Notes: generated by a model from the letters alone, not told the origin. A stretch of 64,000 bases of DNA from Gemmatales bacterium (GCA_041640595.1 JBEPZY010000005.1:192001-256000); one strand, 5' to 3'. Positions 50,685-61,395 are shown, counted from the stretch's first letter. Made by a program: numbers and translations.

Positions 50685-53512
50685 GCGACAACCAGGTTGA
50701 TAAGCTTATTGGGGACAACGATGGTTTTGCGAATCGTTTTGCCAGCGAGCCAATCGCGGACACGGGGATCGGCGAGAGCGGCTTGTTTGACCGCATTTTC
50801 ATCAGCATCTACGGGTACGGTGATGCGGGTGCGCACTTTCCCATTGATTTGGACAGGCATTTCGATTTCCTCAGCGCGAATTAGCTGGGGGTCGTACTCC
50901 GGCCAGGGATGATAGGCAAGCGACTCATTATGCCCCAGCGCCTGCCAGAGTTCCTCACTAATATGCGGAGCGAAAGGTGACAACAGGAGAATAAAAGTTT
51001 CAAGAACTCCTCTAGGACGCACCTCTGATCGGCTCAAGTAATTGGTAAATTCCATCATAGCGGCAATAGCTGTGTTGAAACGCATAGCCTCGATATCCTC
51101 GGTAACCTTCTTAATAGTGAGGTGTAATCGTCTAAGCGTTTCGCGATCAGGCTCTATGTCCTGGACGGCCGGGCTTAGTTTCATGGAATCAGCTTCTTCG
51201 TCAACGACCAGGCGCCAAACGCGGTGTAAGAAACGGTAAACGCCTTCGACACCGCGCATACTCCAGGGCTTAGTCGCTTCCAGAGGCCCCATAAACATTT
51301 CATACAGGCGAAGACTATCAGCTCCGTATTCGGCTACCACTTCGTCCGGGTTAATAACGTTGCCGCGGCTTTTAGACATCTTATAAGCGCGAGCATCTAT
51401 GCGGATGTGCGGGTGCTCTTTGAGGACAAAGAAGTCGCCACGCTTCTCGACCTGGTCTTCGCTAAGGCGTATGCGCTGGTAACGTTCGCCGGTGCGTTTA
51501 TCCTCGGCAGTTTCTTCCAGGACATATTCAGCGGAAACCCATTCGCCCCGTGAATTCTGAAAAGCTGTGTATTCCAGCTCGCCGAGGATCATTCCCTGAT
51601 TGACCAGTTTCTGGAACGGTTCGGGGGTGGAGACGTAGCCGCGGTCGTAGAGCACTTTATGCCAGAAGCGTGAGTAAAGCAGATGCAGAACAGCATGCTC
51701 GGCACCGCCTACGTATAAGTCCACGGGCATCCAGGCTTTTTCTTTAGCCCGGTCGCAAAAGCTTCGGTCGTTATGCGGGTCTATATAGCGGAGATAATAC
51801 CAGCAGGAACCAGCCCATTGCGGCATGGTATTAGTTTCGCGTTTGTAACGTTTGCCATTGCGCGTGACGTAAACCCAGTCCTTAGCTTTTTCGAGTGGTG
51901 GCTCAGGCTTACCTGTAGGCTTGAAATCTTCCAATTCCGGGAGAGTGACAGGCAATTCGTTGACCGGCACGGGCTCGATGACACCGGTAGGATTACCTTG
52001 CTCATCCAACTCAAAAAGGATCGGAAACGGCTCACCCCAATAGCGCTGGCGGCTGAAAAGCCAATCGCGGAGCTTGTAATTGACCTTATGACGTCCCAGA
52101 CCGCGTTCGCTCAGCCAGGAGGTGATGCGCTGTTTGAATTCCGCGGTGGTCAGCCCGTCGAACTCGCCGCTATGAATAGCCACGCCGTCCTCGACATAGG
52201 CACAGGACAGGTGGTCAACAGTGCTATTGGTTTTCTGCAGCCACTCTTGTGGTGGTCGAACCACAGTGCGAATAGGTAGGCCAAACTGTTTGGCGAACTC
52301 GAAGTCGCGTTCGTCATGGGCAGGCACGGCCATGATGGCCCCCGTGCCGTAACTGATGAGTACATAGTCAGCAATCCAGATAGGGATGCGTTCGTTATTG
52401 ACGGGATTGATGGCATAGGCCCCCGTAAACACACCGGTTTTGCGGCGAGCCAGTTCCGTGCGCTCCAGTTCGCTTTTGCGGGCTGCTTCTGCGCAATAGG
52501 CTTCGACTGCCGCTCGCTGTTGGGGTGTGGTGATACGCGAGACCAGTGGGTGTTCCGGAGCCAGCACCATGTAGGTAGCGCCGAAAAGCGTGTCTGGACG
52601 CGTCGTGTAAATGCGGATAACGTCCGGTTCCGGTCGTTCGGGGAAGCCGTGAACCTGGCGACTGGCCCGCCACTCCTGGTAAGCCTGCTCTGGACGGTCG
52701 AGAGGAAAGTCCACCTCGGCACCTTCGCTGCGTCCAATCCAATTGCGTTGCATTTCCTTGATGGGTTCGGGCCAGTCGACTAAATCGAGGTCGCGCAGGA
52801 GCCGTTCCGCATAAGCCGTGATTCGCAGCATCCATTGCCGCAGCGGAATGCGAATAACGGGATGACCGCCGCGTTCCGACTTGCCATCCACCACTTCTTC
52901 GTTAGCCAGCACCGTGCCGAGAGCCGGACACCAGTTGACGGGCGCGTCGGCCAGATAGGCCAGGCGTTTACTATCGCGGTACTGGCGGACTGCCAACTCG
53001 CCCTGTGCTTGCACTTCGGGAGGGATCGGCAACTCGGCTATAGGGCGACCACGCTGTTGTTGCTCGTCGTACCAAGTGTCGAAAAGCACCAGGAAAATCC
53101 ATTGTGTCCACCGATAGTATGCCGGGTCAGTGGTATCAATTTCGCGGTCCCAATCGTAACTGAACCCGAGCATTTGAATTTGGCGGCGGAAGGTGGCGAT
53201 GTTCTGTTGCGTGGTGATGCGAGGGTGTGTGCCCGTTTCAATGGCATACTGCTCGGCAGGAAGCCCGAAGGCGTCCCAACCCATCGGGTGTAAAACGCAG
53301 TAACCCCGCATCCTCTTGTAACGGGCCACGATGTCGGTTGCCGTGTAACCTTCCGGGTGTCCGACGTGTAAGCCGGCCCCGCTCGGATAGGGAAACATGT
53401 CCAGGACGTAAAACTTAGGCTTGTCGGGAAAATCGGGCGTACGAAAGGTCTTGTGCGTCAGCCAGTATTTTTGCCACTTTGGCTCGATCACCTGGGGATT
53501 GTACTTGGGCAT
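50681..53512 (-). CDS. leuS: Leucine--tRNA ligase
   Basis: [14 protein letters not shown] (HIGH motif), TTRPDTLFG editing domain, [27 protein letters not shown] and KMSKS. Confidence 0.97.
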   Translation of the reverse strand: MPKYNPQVIEPKWQKYWLTHKTFRTPDFPDKPKFYVLDMFPYPSGAGLHVGHPEGYTATDIVARYKRMRGYCVLHPMGWDAFGLPAEQYAIETGTHPRITTQQNIATFRRQIQMLGFSYDWDREIDTTDPAYYRWTQWIFLVLFDTWYDEQQQRGRPIAELPIPPEVQAQGELAVRQYRDSKRLAYLADAPVNWCPALGTVLANEEVVDGKSERGGHPVIRIPLRQWMLRITAYAERLLRDLDLVDWPEPIKEMQRNWIGRSEGAEVDFPLDRPEQAYQEWRASRQVHGFPERPEPDVIRIYTTRPDTLFGATYMVLAPEHPLVSRITTPQQRAAVEAYCAEAARKSELERTELARRKTGVFTGAYAINPVNNERIPIWIADYVLISYGTGAIMAVPAHDERDFEFAKQFGLPIRTVVRPPQEWLQKTNSTVDHLSCAYVEDGVAIHSGEFDGLTTAEFKQRITSWLSERGLGRHKVNYKLRDWLFSRQRYWGEPFPILFELDEQGNPTGVIEPVPVNELPVTLPELEDFKPTGKPEPPLEKAKDWVYVTRNGKRYKRETNTMPQWAGSCWYYLRYIDPHNDRSFCDRAKEKAWMPVDLYVGGAEHAVLHLLYSRFWHKVLYDRGYVSTPEPFQKLVNQGMILGELEYTAFQNSRGEWVSAEYVLEETAEDKRTGERYQRIRLSEDQVEKRGDFFVLKEHPHIRIDARAYKMSKSRGNVINPDEVVAEYGADSLRLYEMFMGPLEATKPWSMRGVEGVYRFLHRVWRLVVDEEADSMKLSPAVQDIEPDRETLRRLHLTIKKVTEDIEAMRFNTAIAAMMEFTNYLSRSEVRPRGVLETFILLLSPFAPHISEELWQALGHNESLAYHPWPEYDPQLIRAEEIEMPVQINGKVRTRITVPVDADENAVKQAALADPRVRDWLAGKTIRKTIVVPNKLINLVVA

Positions 53513-54004
53513 GATCGCTACCTCACGGCTTCCGTCGAATCACCAGCAAGCTGCCAAACAGTGTGCGTGCGCAGATCGTAGATTATATCCCCGGCACAGG
53601 AAGTGAAAGATGGATGAAGACCGGCGGTTGGACTGGCCTGGGATGTGAACATTTGTATAATCGGGCAAGGTGATGGTAATTTTTGCTTCACTTGGCGTCT
53701 GGATACACCAGGCGGAACCGGTAAGCTTTTCCCAATGCAAGAAGGATGACGGCGCAACGTATTGTTTGGGAACCTCTTACGGCGAAACGCTAGATTTTCA
53801 CTGGAATTGTGTGCCTGGCCTGGGAATTGCTGTAAACTTGAGTGGGCCGCAAAACGGATGACCTGCCGGAACCAGCGCAAGTTTTCGTCTAAACGGCGTA
53901 ATACCTATTCCACCGGGAAAATTCGGTGAGGGAGTGAAACATTTTGACGGCTTGCGTCGTCTATTAATACACGGCATAATAGGTACGCCTTTTGCTTGGG
54001 AAAT

Positions 54005-54025
54005 TATCAAAAACAATTTTTGATA
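54005..54025. promoter_or_regulatory. Perfect AT-rich inverted repeat in the divergent leuS/sigma intergenic region
   Basis: TATCAAAAA-CAA-TTTTTGATA. Confidence 0.5.
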
Positions 54026-54249
54026 TCGGGCGTATTAATCTTGCCGGGACTGTCGAATCTGCCGACAATAAACGGTCTTGATGGCAACGATAGAGAAACA
54101 AGTCCTGGCAAGAGAAAGGATTAGGAAAGGGGGATGGAATCGGTCCAGGAACCTGCCTTCGCCTCGCCCAGGTCCCCCAAGCGGAACCGCGAAGGTAGGA
54201 ATAACTGGCCCCAGATAGGCCGCCGATCCCGGCGGCGAAAGGAGCAGCC

Positions 54250-55935
54250 ATGCGGAACGAGTTTCGTAACCAGTTGATGCGGGAACTTTGCGACCAGGTG
54301 GTGCGCTATGCACCGGTGGATCGCAAGCTGGAGCAGCTCAGCCGAGCTGAACGCTTGCTCACCGAAGTGGTGCACCAGCGCACTTATCCCTACCAGTACG
54401 TTTGCTATCGCATTACCGGTTTTCGTCCGGATACTCATGCCGAGGACATGATTAGCGGTGAAGACCTCGAGCACGATTTGTCGCTATTTATTGCCACGCT
54501 GTCGGAACACGTGCCGGCAGTGCCGATTGAGCAAATGCCGGAACCTGTTTTGCATCTGGAACAGGTCAAGAAGCGGCTGCGTGTCTCGGCACGGACGCTC
54601 AGCCAGCTGCGCGAACACGGTCTGGTTAGCCGGAAAGTAATCTGCAAGGGTCGGCAGCGGGTGGTAATCCGTCAGTCGGTGTTGGATCACTATCTGGAAC
54701 AGCACGGCAAGCCGACTGCGGAGGTGCTCAAGCTGGGTCAGTTTGAGCCGCAGGAACGCGAACGGATTTTGCGCTGGGCCCGCTGCATGGCTCGAGTCGC
54801 CCCGGACCGAGCAGAAGAGATCTTTCGCCGTCTGGCGCGGCGATTCGGCCGGCGTGTGCAGGCTATCCGTGCGCTGATTCGGGCTCACGATGAGGCTCAT
54901 CCCGACCAGGCAATCTTCCCGGGTCTGCATGGGCCACTCGACGAACACGCCAAGCGAGCCATTTACACCTCCTACACGCAGGGAATTTCTATTGACCGTC
55001 TGGCCAAGGCATACCACCGCACGCGGACGACAATTCAGCGTGTGCTGAACGAACAACGTGCCCGTGCCTTGCTGGCCAAGCCGATTGACTACATTCCCAG
55101 CCCTGAATTCGAGGACCCGAAACTCGAGGCGGCAATTCTTGCGCCGATGCCGGGTGCCGAGGAATACGAGGCAGCCCGTGCCAAAATGCAGCGCAATGTG
55201 CCTCGGGATCTGCCTCCGGAGCTGGCTTCGCTCTATCAGGTGCCGCTGCTCAAGCCCGAACAGGAACGGCATCTGTTCCGGCAGATGAACTACCTGAAGT
55301 TCAAGGCAGCGCGACTTGCTGAGCGGATTGATCCGAGCAAGGCGAAAACGGCCGAGCTGGACGAATTGGAAGATTTGCTGAAGCGTGCTCAGGCCGTCCG
55401 TGAACTGCTTATCACGGCTAATATGCGGTTGGTGGCCTCCATCGCCAAGCGCTATGCCGAACGACTCGGCTATCCAGGAGCATTCTTTGAGCTATTCAGC
55501 GATGGGAATGTCTCGCTGATTCGAGCGGTGGAGAAATTTGACTACATGCGCGGCAACAAGTTCAGCACCTACGCCACCTGGGCCATCCGCAAGAACTTCA
55601 CGCGGAGTATCCCGGCTGAACAGGTGCACCACGACCGCTTCATCACCGGCCGCGAGGAAATGTTCGAGACGGCCGAGGATACGCGGAGCGATGAATTCGG
55701 CCAGCTGAACCGCGCCAATCGGGCTCGCGAGAACGTCATGAAGCTGCTTGACCGACTCGACGAGCGCGAGCGGCGGATTATCCAGCTGCGAATCGGTCTC
55801 GGTGAAACCCGCGGCATGACGCTCGAGGAAGTCGGACGCGAACTCGGCATCACCAAAGAGCGCGTTCGTCAGCTCGAGGCTCGCGGCATGAGTAAGCTCC
55901 GGGCCATGCTCGAACAGGAACACATCGAAATCTAA
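54250..55935 (+). CDS. Sigma-70 family factor with long N-terminal HTH-containing extension
   Basis: Region 2: ANMRLVASIAKRY..LIRAVEKFDYMRGNKFSTYATWAI. Region 4: TLEEVGRELGITKERVRQLE. It carries about 330 extra N-terminal residues and an SD (AAGGAG). Confidence 0.9.
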   Translation: MRNEFRNQLMRELCDQVVRYAPVDRKLEQLSRAERLLTEVVHQRTYPYQYVCYRITGFRPDTHAEDMISGEDLEHDLSLFIATLSEHVPAVPIEQMPEPVLHLEQVKKRLRVSARTLSQLREHGLVSRKVICKGRQRVVIRQSVLDHYLEQHGKPTAEVLKLGQFEPQERERILRWARCMARVAPDRAEEIFRRLARRFGRRVQAIRALIRAHDEAHPDQAIFPGLHGPLDEHAKRAIYTSYTQGISIDRLAKAYHRTRTTIQRVLNEQRARALLAKPIDYIPSPEFEDPKLEAAILAPMPGAEEYEAARAKMQRNVPRDLPPELASLYQVPLLKPEQERHLFRQMNYLKFKAARLAERIDPSKAKTAELDELEDLLKRAQAVRELLITANMRLVASIAKRYAERLGYPGAFFELFSDGNVSLIRAVEKFDYMRGNKFSTYATWAIRKNFTRSIPAEQVHHDRFITGREEMFETAEDTRSDEFGQLNRANRARENVMKLLDRLDERERRIIQLRIGLGETRGMTLEEVGRELGITKERVRQLEARGMSKLRAMLEQEHIEI

Positions 55936-55967
55936 TCGCCAAATGGCCGGACGTTTACGCCAAGCAC

Positions 55968-56000
55968 CAGGGGCACGGTTGGCCGTGCCCCTGATTTTTT
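55968..56000 (+). terminator. Rho-independent terminator
   Basis: CAGGGGCACGG-TTGG-CCGTGCCCCTG forms an 11-bp stem followed by ATTTTTT, 32 bp after the sigma stop. Confidence 0.88.
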
Positions 56001-56087
56001 GTATCGGCGAGTCGGAGTTTCGCTGCGGCACCCCTGCGGTGACGAGAGGTGTATGCGGATAAGACGGTTTACTGCCGGCAGCGGCGT

Positions 56088-58712
56088 TTACTTCTGGCTC
56101 TCGTCCTTGAGGCTCTCGTCCTGTCGTTTGTAAACTCGGACTGCAAACTTGTAAGCGGGGACTTGATCTTCTTGAGTTTGCGCGTTGCCCTGACCGCCGC
56201 CAGCCATTCCGCCAAATAGCGCACCTGGAAGGGCCAGCTCAGCGACGACAACCCTGCCATCCCTGGCATCGAAGCAGGCCAGTGGTTGAATGGTGAACAC
56301 GCCTGAAGTAACCGCACTGGATAGCCGCAAGGACAAATCTGACCATTCTCCCAGGAACTTACCCGCTTTGGCATCCCATAGACGGGGTGATGCTTGGAGG
56401 TTGGGAAGTAAATAATCCCAGCTAACGAGCTGCTGAGTGTGCGGGTCGAAGGCGATCATTGGGGCTGTCCGGGATAAATACCAGTAATCCAATCCGACGT
56501 AGCTACCTATAGACGCCAGGCGTGGATTATTGGGGGCACCCGGCCCGATACCGATACCGATACCGACATTGTTGCCACCAGGTCCAGGGTCTGCATTGGT
56601 TTCGCCGGCAAAAAAGCGCTGGATCCTGGCTCCATCGGCTATCTTGTGCGTCGTGACGTAGCCATCGCTCCAAGAAGCGGCTACCAGCGACCCGTCCGGG
56701 TGAATGGCAACTCGTTCGTAGAGGGCCGGCGAAGCAAACGGCCGAACCGCGTCAGCACTTTCCTGAGACCAGAGACGTTTGCCTTGCTCCATATCAAACA
56801 CGACCAGCGAAGCACGGAACCGCGGGCCATCGAATCCGGCTCCCTGTCCACCACCAACAAACCCCTGTAGCGGTTGATTGCCCGGTGCGCCTGGTTTTCG
56901 ATTACCTTGATTCTGAACAGCTGGCTGCCAGAGGATGGTTGCCGCCAGGTATTTGCCACTCGCAGAAACAGCCAGGTCGCGCACCTCAAACAATTCTTTT
57001 TTGCCGAGAAGGTTCGCCCAGTCCTGTTTTAATTCGCCGGTTGCAGCATCGTAGCTGGCCAGCTGGCGACCCATACCAGCAATAACGAGCTGTTTCCCGT
57101 CGGGCGTGAAACGAACCAGGCGAGGTTCGTATTCTTTCTTCAGTTCAATCGTTCGCTGGAGTTTCCAATCGGGCTTTTCACCTGGTTGGGATAGCGAATA
57201 CAGTTCGAGGCGAGGCACCTGATTGCGTGCACCGATAGCGATGGCGAGATGTTTACCGTCTGGGGAGAATTCCATGTCCCAGATTCGCTCTTCACGGGAG
57301 ACGACTTTGTAGGGCACGCCCGGTCCAAAGGGCTTGCCCAGACCACCAAACGCCCCGCCACCCGGTCCGCCACCAATACCCGGACCTCCTATCAGACCTG
57401 CCCCCTGAAATCCAGCACCTCCGCCGAACGCACCTGCTCCTGGAGCGCCACCAGGTGCAGGTATGGCTTGCGGTAATTCGCGGGGCGGATTCCTGGGTTC
57501 CCGGATGGTGATTGGCGTTTCCTTCGCATCTTTGCGGAGTGAATACAGCTGGACGTAGCCGTAGGCGTTACCCACGGCCAAATGCTCCTGATCCGGCGAG
57601 AGTGCCAGGGCAATCGGCACTTCCACATTTTCCCAGGCGGCCAACTGACGCCAGCGAATGCCCCCACCGGGTTGAGCTTTCGGCTGGTCGGCTTTGGCTT
57701 GCGGTTTGGGTCGCGGCGTGGGTTTCCGAGGCAGCTGTGCCTGAGCCTGTAGCTCCTGCCCATCGGCTGACGGCTGGTCATTTTCCTGGGCTTGCGTGCC
57801 ACCTTTCGGCGCTTGCCCGGCGAAAATGGGGACATCATGCGGCGACGGTTGTTTCCCTGCGGACAGGACGGACCAGCCCATCAGTCCGGCTCCGAAAAAT
57901 AGTGCCGTCGCAGCAGCGCAGGTTGTCCAAAAGGCAATGCGTGTCATGGTCATGCTCCTTAGGATTTGCTGTGCCAGGGCATAGCTGGCAGGTACAGCCG
58001 ATTCCGAGATTCGTCCAGCGAGCATTTGCAGCGCTAGTCGGGACGTATTCGCCACCAGATTGGCCGGCACTTCCGCCACCGCGTGAGGAATGGTGCCAGA
58101 GACACCCGCACCCAGATCCCGTCCGTACCGGCGGAGGCGTTGGGCCAGCAATTGCCGACCGCGATGCACTCTGCTGGCCACTGTGCCTTCCGGTAGCTGT
58201 AACGCTTTCGCCGCCTCCTGACGGGTCATTTCCTGCAGGTCGCACAGGATGAGCGGTGTGCGATAGTGTTCAGGCAGCTTCGCTAACTCGCGGTAGAGCA
58301 ACTCCAGCTCGTCCTGGTCGAGCGAACCATTATCCCCGTTGCTTTCGTTGAGCGAATACTGGGTTTCGCAGCGTTTTCGTCGTGCCTGGCTGCGGCGAAT
58401 CTTCCAGCAGATACGTTGGGCGACACCGTATAGCCAGCTTCCTAGCTCGCGGTTACGGATGGTGCCGAGCTTTTGCGCCAGAACCAGAAAAGTCGCCTGG
58501 AAAGCGTCTTCGGCATCCTGCGAATGACGAAGCATACCGCTGCACACCCGCCAGACCAGCCGGGCATACCGCTTCACCAGTAACGCAAACGCGAACTGAT
58601 CGGCCTGTTCCTGAAACCGGCGGATTAACTCCCGGTCGCTCACACTCTCGCCACCGTTCTGGGTCTCCGCTTGCAGCAAGACGTTCAGCAAATCCAGAGT
58701 GTCCGAGTGCAT
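56088..58712 (-). CDS. ECF sigma factor fused to a TM segment and WD40-like beta-propeller
   Basis: SDRELIRRF..AEDAFQATFLVLA..SWLYGVA, region 4 LPEHYR..GTVASRVHRGR, a hydrophobic helix, then SPDGK/TPDGK/HPDG blades. Confidence 0.9.
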   Translation of the reverse strand: MHSDTLDLLNVLLQAETQNGGESVSDRELIRRFQEQADQFAFALLVKRYARLVWRVCSGMLRHSQDAEDAFQATFLVLAQKLGTIRNRELGSWLYGVAQRICWKIRRSQARRKRCETQYSLNESNGDNGSLDQDELELLYRELAKLPEHYRTPLILCDLQEMTRQEAAKALQLPEGTVASRVHRGRQLLAQRLRRYGRDLGAGVSGTIPHAVAEVPANLVANTSRLALQMLAGRISESAVPASYALAQQILRSMTMTRIAFWTTCAAATALFFGAGLMGWSVLSAGKQPSPHDVPIFAGQAPKGGTQAQENDQPSADGQELQAQAQLPRKPTPRPKPQAKADQPKAQPGGGIRWRQLAAWENVEVPIALALSPDQEHLAVGNAYGYVQLYSLRKDAKETPITIREPRNPPRELPQAIPAPGGAPGAGAFGGGAGFQGAGLIGGPGIGGGPGGGAFGGLGKPFGPGVPYKVVSREERIWDMEFSPDGKHLAIAIGARNQVPRLELYSLSQPGEKPDWKLQRTIELKKEYEPRLVRFTPDGKQLVIAGMGRQLASYDAATGELKQDWANLLGKKELFEVRDLAVSASGKYLAATILWQPAVQNQGNRKPGAPGNQPLQGFVGGGQGAGFDGPRFRASLVVFDMEQGKRLWSQESADAVRPFASPALYERVAIHPDGSLVAASWSDGYVTTHKIADGARIQRFFAGETNADPGPGGNNVGIGIGIGPGAPNNPRLASIGSYVGLDYWYLSRTAPMIAFDPHTQQLVSWDYLLPNLQASPRLWDAKAGKFLGEWSDLSLRLSSAVTSGVFTIQPLACFDARDGRVVVAELALPGALFGGMAGGGQGNAQTQEDQVPAYKFAVRVYKRQDESLKDESQK

Positions 58713-59153
58713 CGTATCGCCGACCGATATGTCTGCCTGTACAGTAATAGTTCCCGATAACCACCGGATTGTTGCATCGTGCACATGACTTGCCCTACTG
58801 GTGGGATTATAGCGTCTTATTTCGGAGGACACGTTTGGGGCACCGAACGTTGCCGGAACACTGAGCTATCTCCTGAAAAACACTCCCGACCCGATCGCCC
58901 GCTGCTGGCTGCTACCTTTTTCAGGGATCGTCATCGGAACAAACTGAAAAACATCTGCTCGCGGACTGTTCCCGAAGCCAGTATCCCCGCCGTTGCGCGC
59001 CAGCGAGACAGCATTTTACGGGAGCCGGTATCTCCAGCGGGTTCCCGAAGCCAATATCCTTGCCGGTGCGCATCGGAGCATAAACTGAACTTTCGGAAAG
59101 CAAGCTGGTGATGAACGGCGATGCGGAGGATGACGCCCGAACCTGAGGGACTC

Positions 59154-59996
59154 ATGCTTCTTGGCTACAACACCAACGGGCTAACGGGAATCCCACTGGA
59201 GGATGCTCTGCGCCTGTTGGCGGACTTTGGCTATCAGAGCGTGGCAATTACGCTGGATTATAAGGCTCTGGATCCGTTTGACCGAACCACCTGGCAGAGT
59301 CAGGCCGGGCGTATCAGGATTTGCCTGGATCGGTTGGGGTTGCGGTGTGTGGTGGAGACGGGGTCGCGGTTCCTGCTCGACCCAGCCCACAAGCATCGCC
59401 CAACCTTACTGGACGCGGAAGCTGAGCAGAGAAAGCGACGGTGGTGTTTGCTGGAGCGAGCCATCCGCCTGGCAGCCATTCTGCGGGCAGATGCCGTCAG
59501 TTTCTGGTCGGGTGTAGCCGACTCCGAAGAGCCGGAGGAGGTGCTGTATTCGCGGTTGGTTTCGGCTTGCCAGGAACTGTGTGAGGCTGCTGAGCGGCAT
59601 AACGTGCGGCTGGCTTTCGAGCCGGAACCTGGTATGTGGGTGGACACGATGCCGCGATTCGAACGGTTATGGCGAGCGGTGGGCCATCCGAATTTCGGAC
59701 TGACCCTGGATATCGGGCACCTGGTTTGTCAGGGCGAATCCATTTCCGATACGATTCGTCGCTGGCGGGATGTGTTATGGAACGTTCACCTCGAGGATAT
59801 GCGTTACGGTGTGCACGAACACTTGCCGTTTGGTGAAGGTGAGGTACCGGTGCCGCAGGTGTTGCAACTGCTGGCGGAAGTCGGGTATCGCGGGGGAGTC
59901 CACGTGGAGCTGAGTCGCCACAGCCATGAAGGTCTGGCTATGGCTCGCCGGGCTCGCGATTATTTGCGGCAACACTGGCCCCGTTCCGGACTATAA
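59154..59996 (+). CDS. Sugar phosphate isomerase/epimerase (xylose isomerase-like TIM barrel)
   Basis: LGYNTNG, ETGSRFLLDP, FEPEPG, LDIGH, VHLED, HEHL and VEL. Confidence 0.88.
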   Translation: MLLGYNTNGLTGIPLEDALRLLADFGYQSVAITLDYKALDPFDRTTWQSQAGRIRICLDRLGLRCVVETGSRFLLDPAHKHRPTLLDAEAEQRKRRWCLLERAIRLAAILRADAVSFWSGVADSEEPEEVLYSRLVSACQELCEAAERHNVRLAFEPEPGMWVDTMPRFERLWRAVGHPNFGLTLDIGHLVCQGESISDTIRRWRDVLWNVHLEDMRYGVHEHLPFGEGEVPVPQVLQLLAEVGYRGGVHVELSRHSHEGLAMARRARDYLRQHWPRSGL

Positions 59997-60125
59997 TGCC
60001 ACACTGCCTGGCTTGCACGCTTCGATGCCCGACGCTGCCGGCGTAAAGGGCCAGGAGCAAGCTGACCGAGCTTGCCAGGCACGCGAAATCATTCAAGCGA
60101 ATCGGAACACAGAGGTGCGCCTGCG

Positions 60126-61268
60126 ATGTTCAAGTATCGCTTACTGACGCCTGGACCGACACCGGTGCCGGAAGACACATTGCTGGAGCTGGCGCGACCG
60201 GTACCGCATCACCGCACACCGGAAGCGCGGCAGATTCTCGCCGAGGTGGTCTCGGGATTGCAATATGTGTTTCAGACCAGGAACGACGTGCTACCGCTGA
60301 CCTGCTCCGGAACCGGTGCTATGGAGGCGGCACTCGTGCACGCGGCTCCTCGCGGAGCGAAAGCCATTTGCCTGGTGGCCGGGAAATTTGGTGAACGCTG
60401 GCACAAATTATGGCAGGCGTTTGGTGTGGAATCGGTAGCGGTGACCGTTCCGCCGGGCGAAGTGGTTACACCGGAACAGCTAGAACAGGCGTTACGAGCT
60501 CATCCGGACGCGGTGGCAGTTTGCGCGGTTCACAGCGAAACCAGCACCGGTGTGAAACACGATCTGGCGGCGCTGGGTGCGTTGGTGGCCAGAACCGAGG
60601 CGGTGTTCATCGTGGACGCGGTCAGCTCAGCCGGGGCACTGGAGTTGCGGATGGACGATTGGCACATTGATTTTCTGGCCACCGGTTCGCAAAAAGCGTT
60701 GATGCTGCCGCCGGGACTGGCTTTTGTCGCCGTCAGCGAAAAAGGCTGGCGTGCTGTTAACCGGCATCAACCGCCGGTATTTTACTTTGATCTCCGCAAG
60801 GCACGGGAGAAAATCCGGGAAAACGATACGCCGTTCACGCCAGCCCATACGCTTTTGCGGGCGTTGCGTAAAAGTTTACAGCGCATCCGCGCGGAAGGGA
60901 TCGAGAATATCTGGCAGCGACATCGCCGCGTTGCTCAGGCCTGCCGTGCCGCGGTGCAAGCGTTGGGACTGGAACTGTTCGCGCGGGTACCGGCAGAGGG
61001 GCTGACTGCCGTCAAAGTCCCAGCTCAGGTGGACGGACAGGAATTGTTGCGGCGATTGGAAAAAGAGTACGGCGTCAAGCTGGCCGGGGGACAGGACCAG
61101 CTCAAGGGCAAAATCTTCCGCATCGCTCACATGGGATACATAGACTTTTTTGACGTGCTCGCTGCCATCGCCGCCATCGAGCTGGTACTGCGCGACATGG
61201 GCTTTCCGGTAACGCCTGGGGCAGGCCTCGCCGCTGCCCAAAAGAGCTATGCGTCGGCTTTAGTCTGA
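60126..61268 (+). CDS. Class V PLP aminotransferase (alanine/serine-glyoxylate type)
   Basis: LTPGPTPVP, HHRT, SGTGAME, HSETSTG, VDAVSS, GSQKALMLPPG and FRIAHMG. Confidence 0.93.
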   Translation: MFKYRLLTPGPTPVPEDTLLELARPVPHHRTPEARQILAEVVSGLQYVFQTRNDVLPLTCSGTGAMEAALVHAAPRGAKAICLVAGKFGERWHKLWQAFGVESVAVTVPPGEVVTPEQLEQALRAHPDAVAVCAVHSETSTGVKHDLAALGALVARTEAVFIVDAVSSAGALELRMDDWHIDFLATGSQKALMLPPGLAFVAVSEKGWRAVNRHQPPVFYFDLRKAREKIRENDTPFTPAHTLLRALRKSLQRIRAEGIENIWQRHRRVAQACRAAVQALGLELFARVPAEGLTAVKVPAQVDGQELLRRLEKEYGVKLAGGQDQLKGKIFRIAHMGYIDFFDVLAAIAAIELVLRDMGFPVTPGAGLAAAQKSYASALV

Positions 61269-61395
61269 CTGGTCTTCGATGCGGGAGCCAGTAGCCTGAC
61301 CGCCCGCCAGCTGGCCAAGTGCTGCTTGCCTGGTGTATGATGACCCTCTGGCCCACCGCTTGCCGCCTGTCGTTCCCTGGCACGGAGGAATGGCT

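Noticed and set aside
54181..54191. GCGGAACCGCG resembling part of a T-box sequence near leuS
   Set aside because: It is on the wrong strand for leuS, the consensus is incomplete, and there is no terminator/antiterminator pair.
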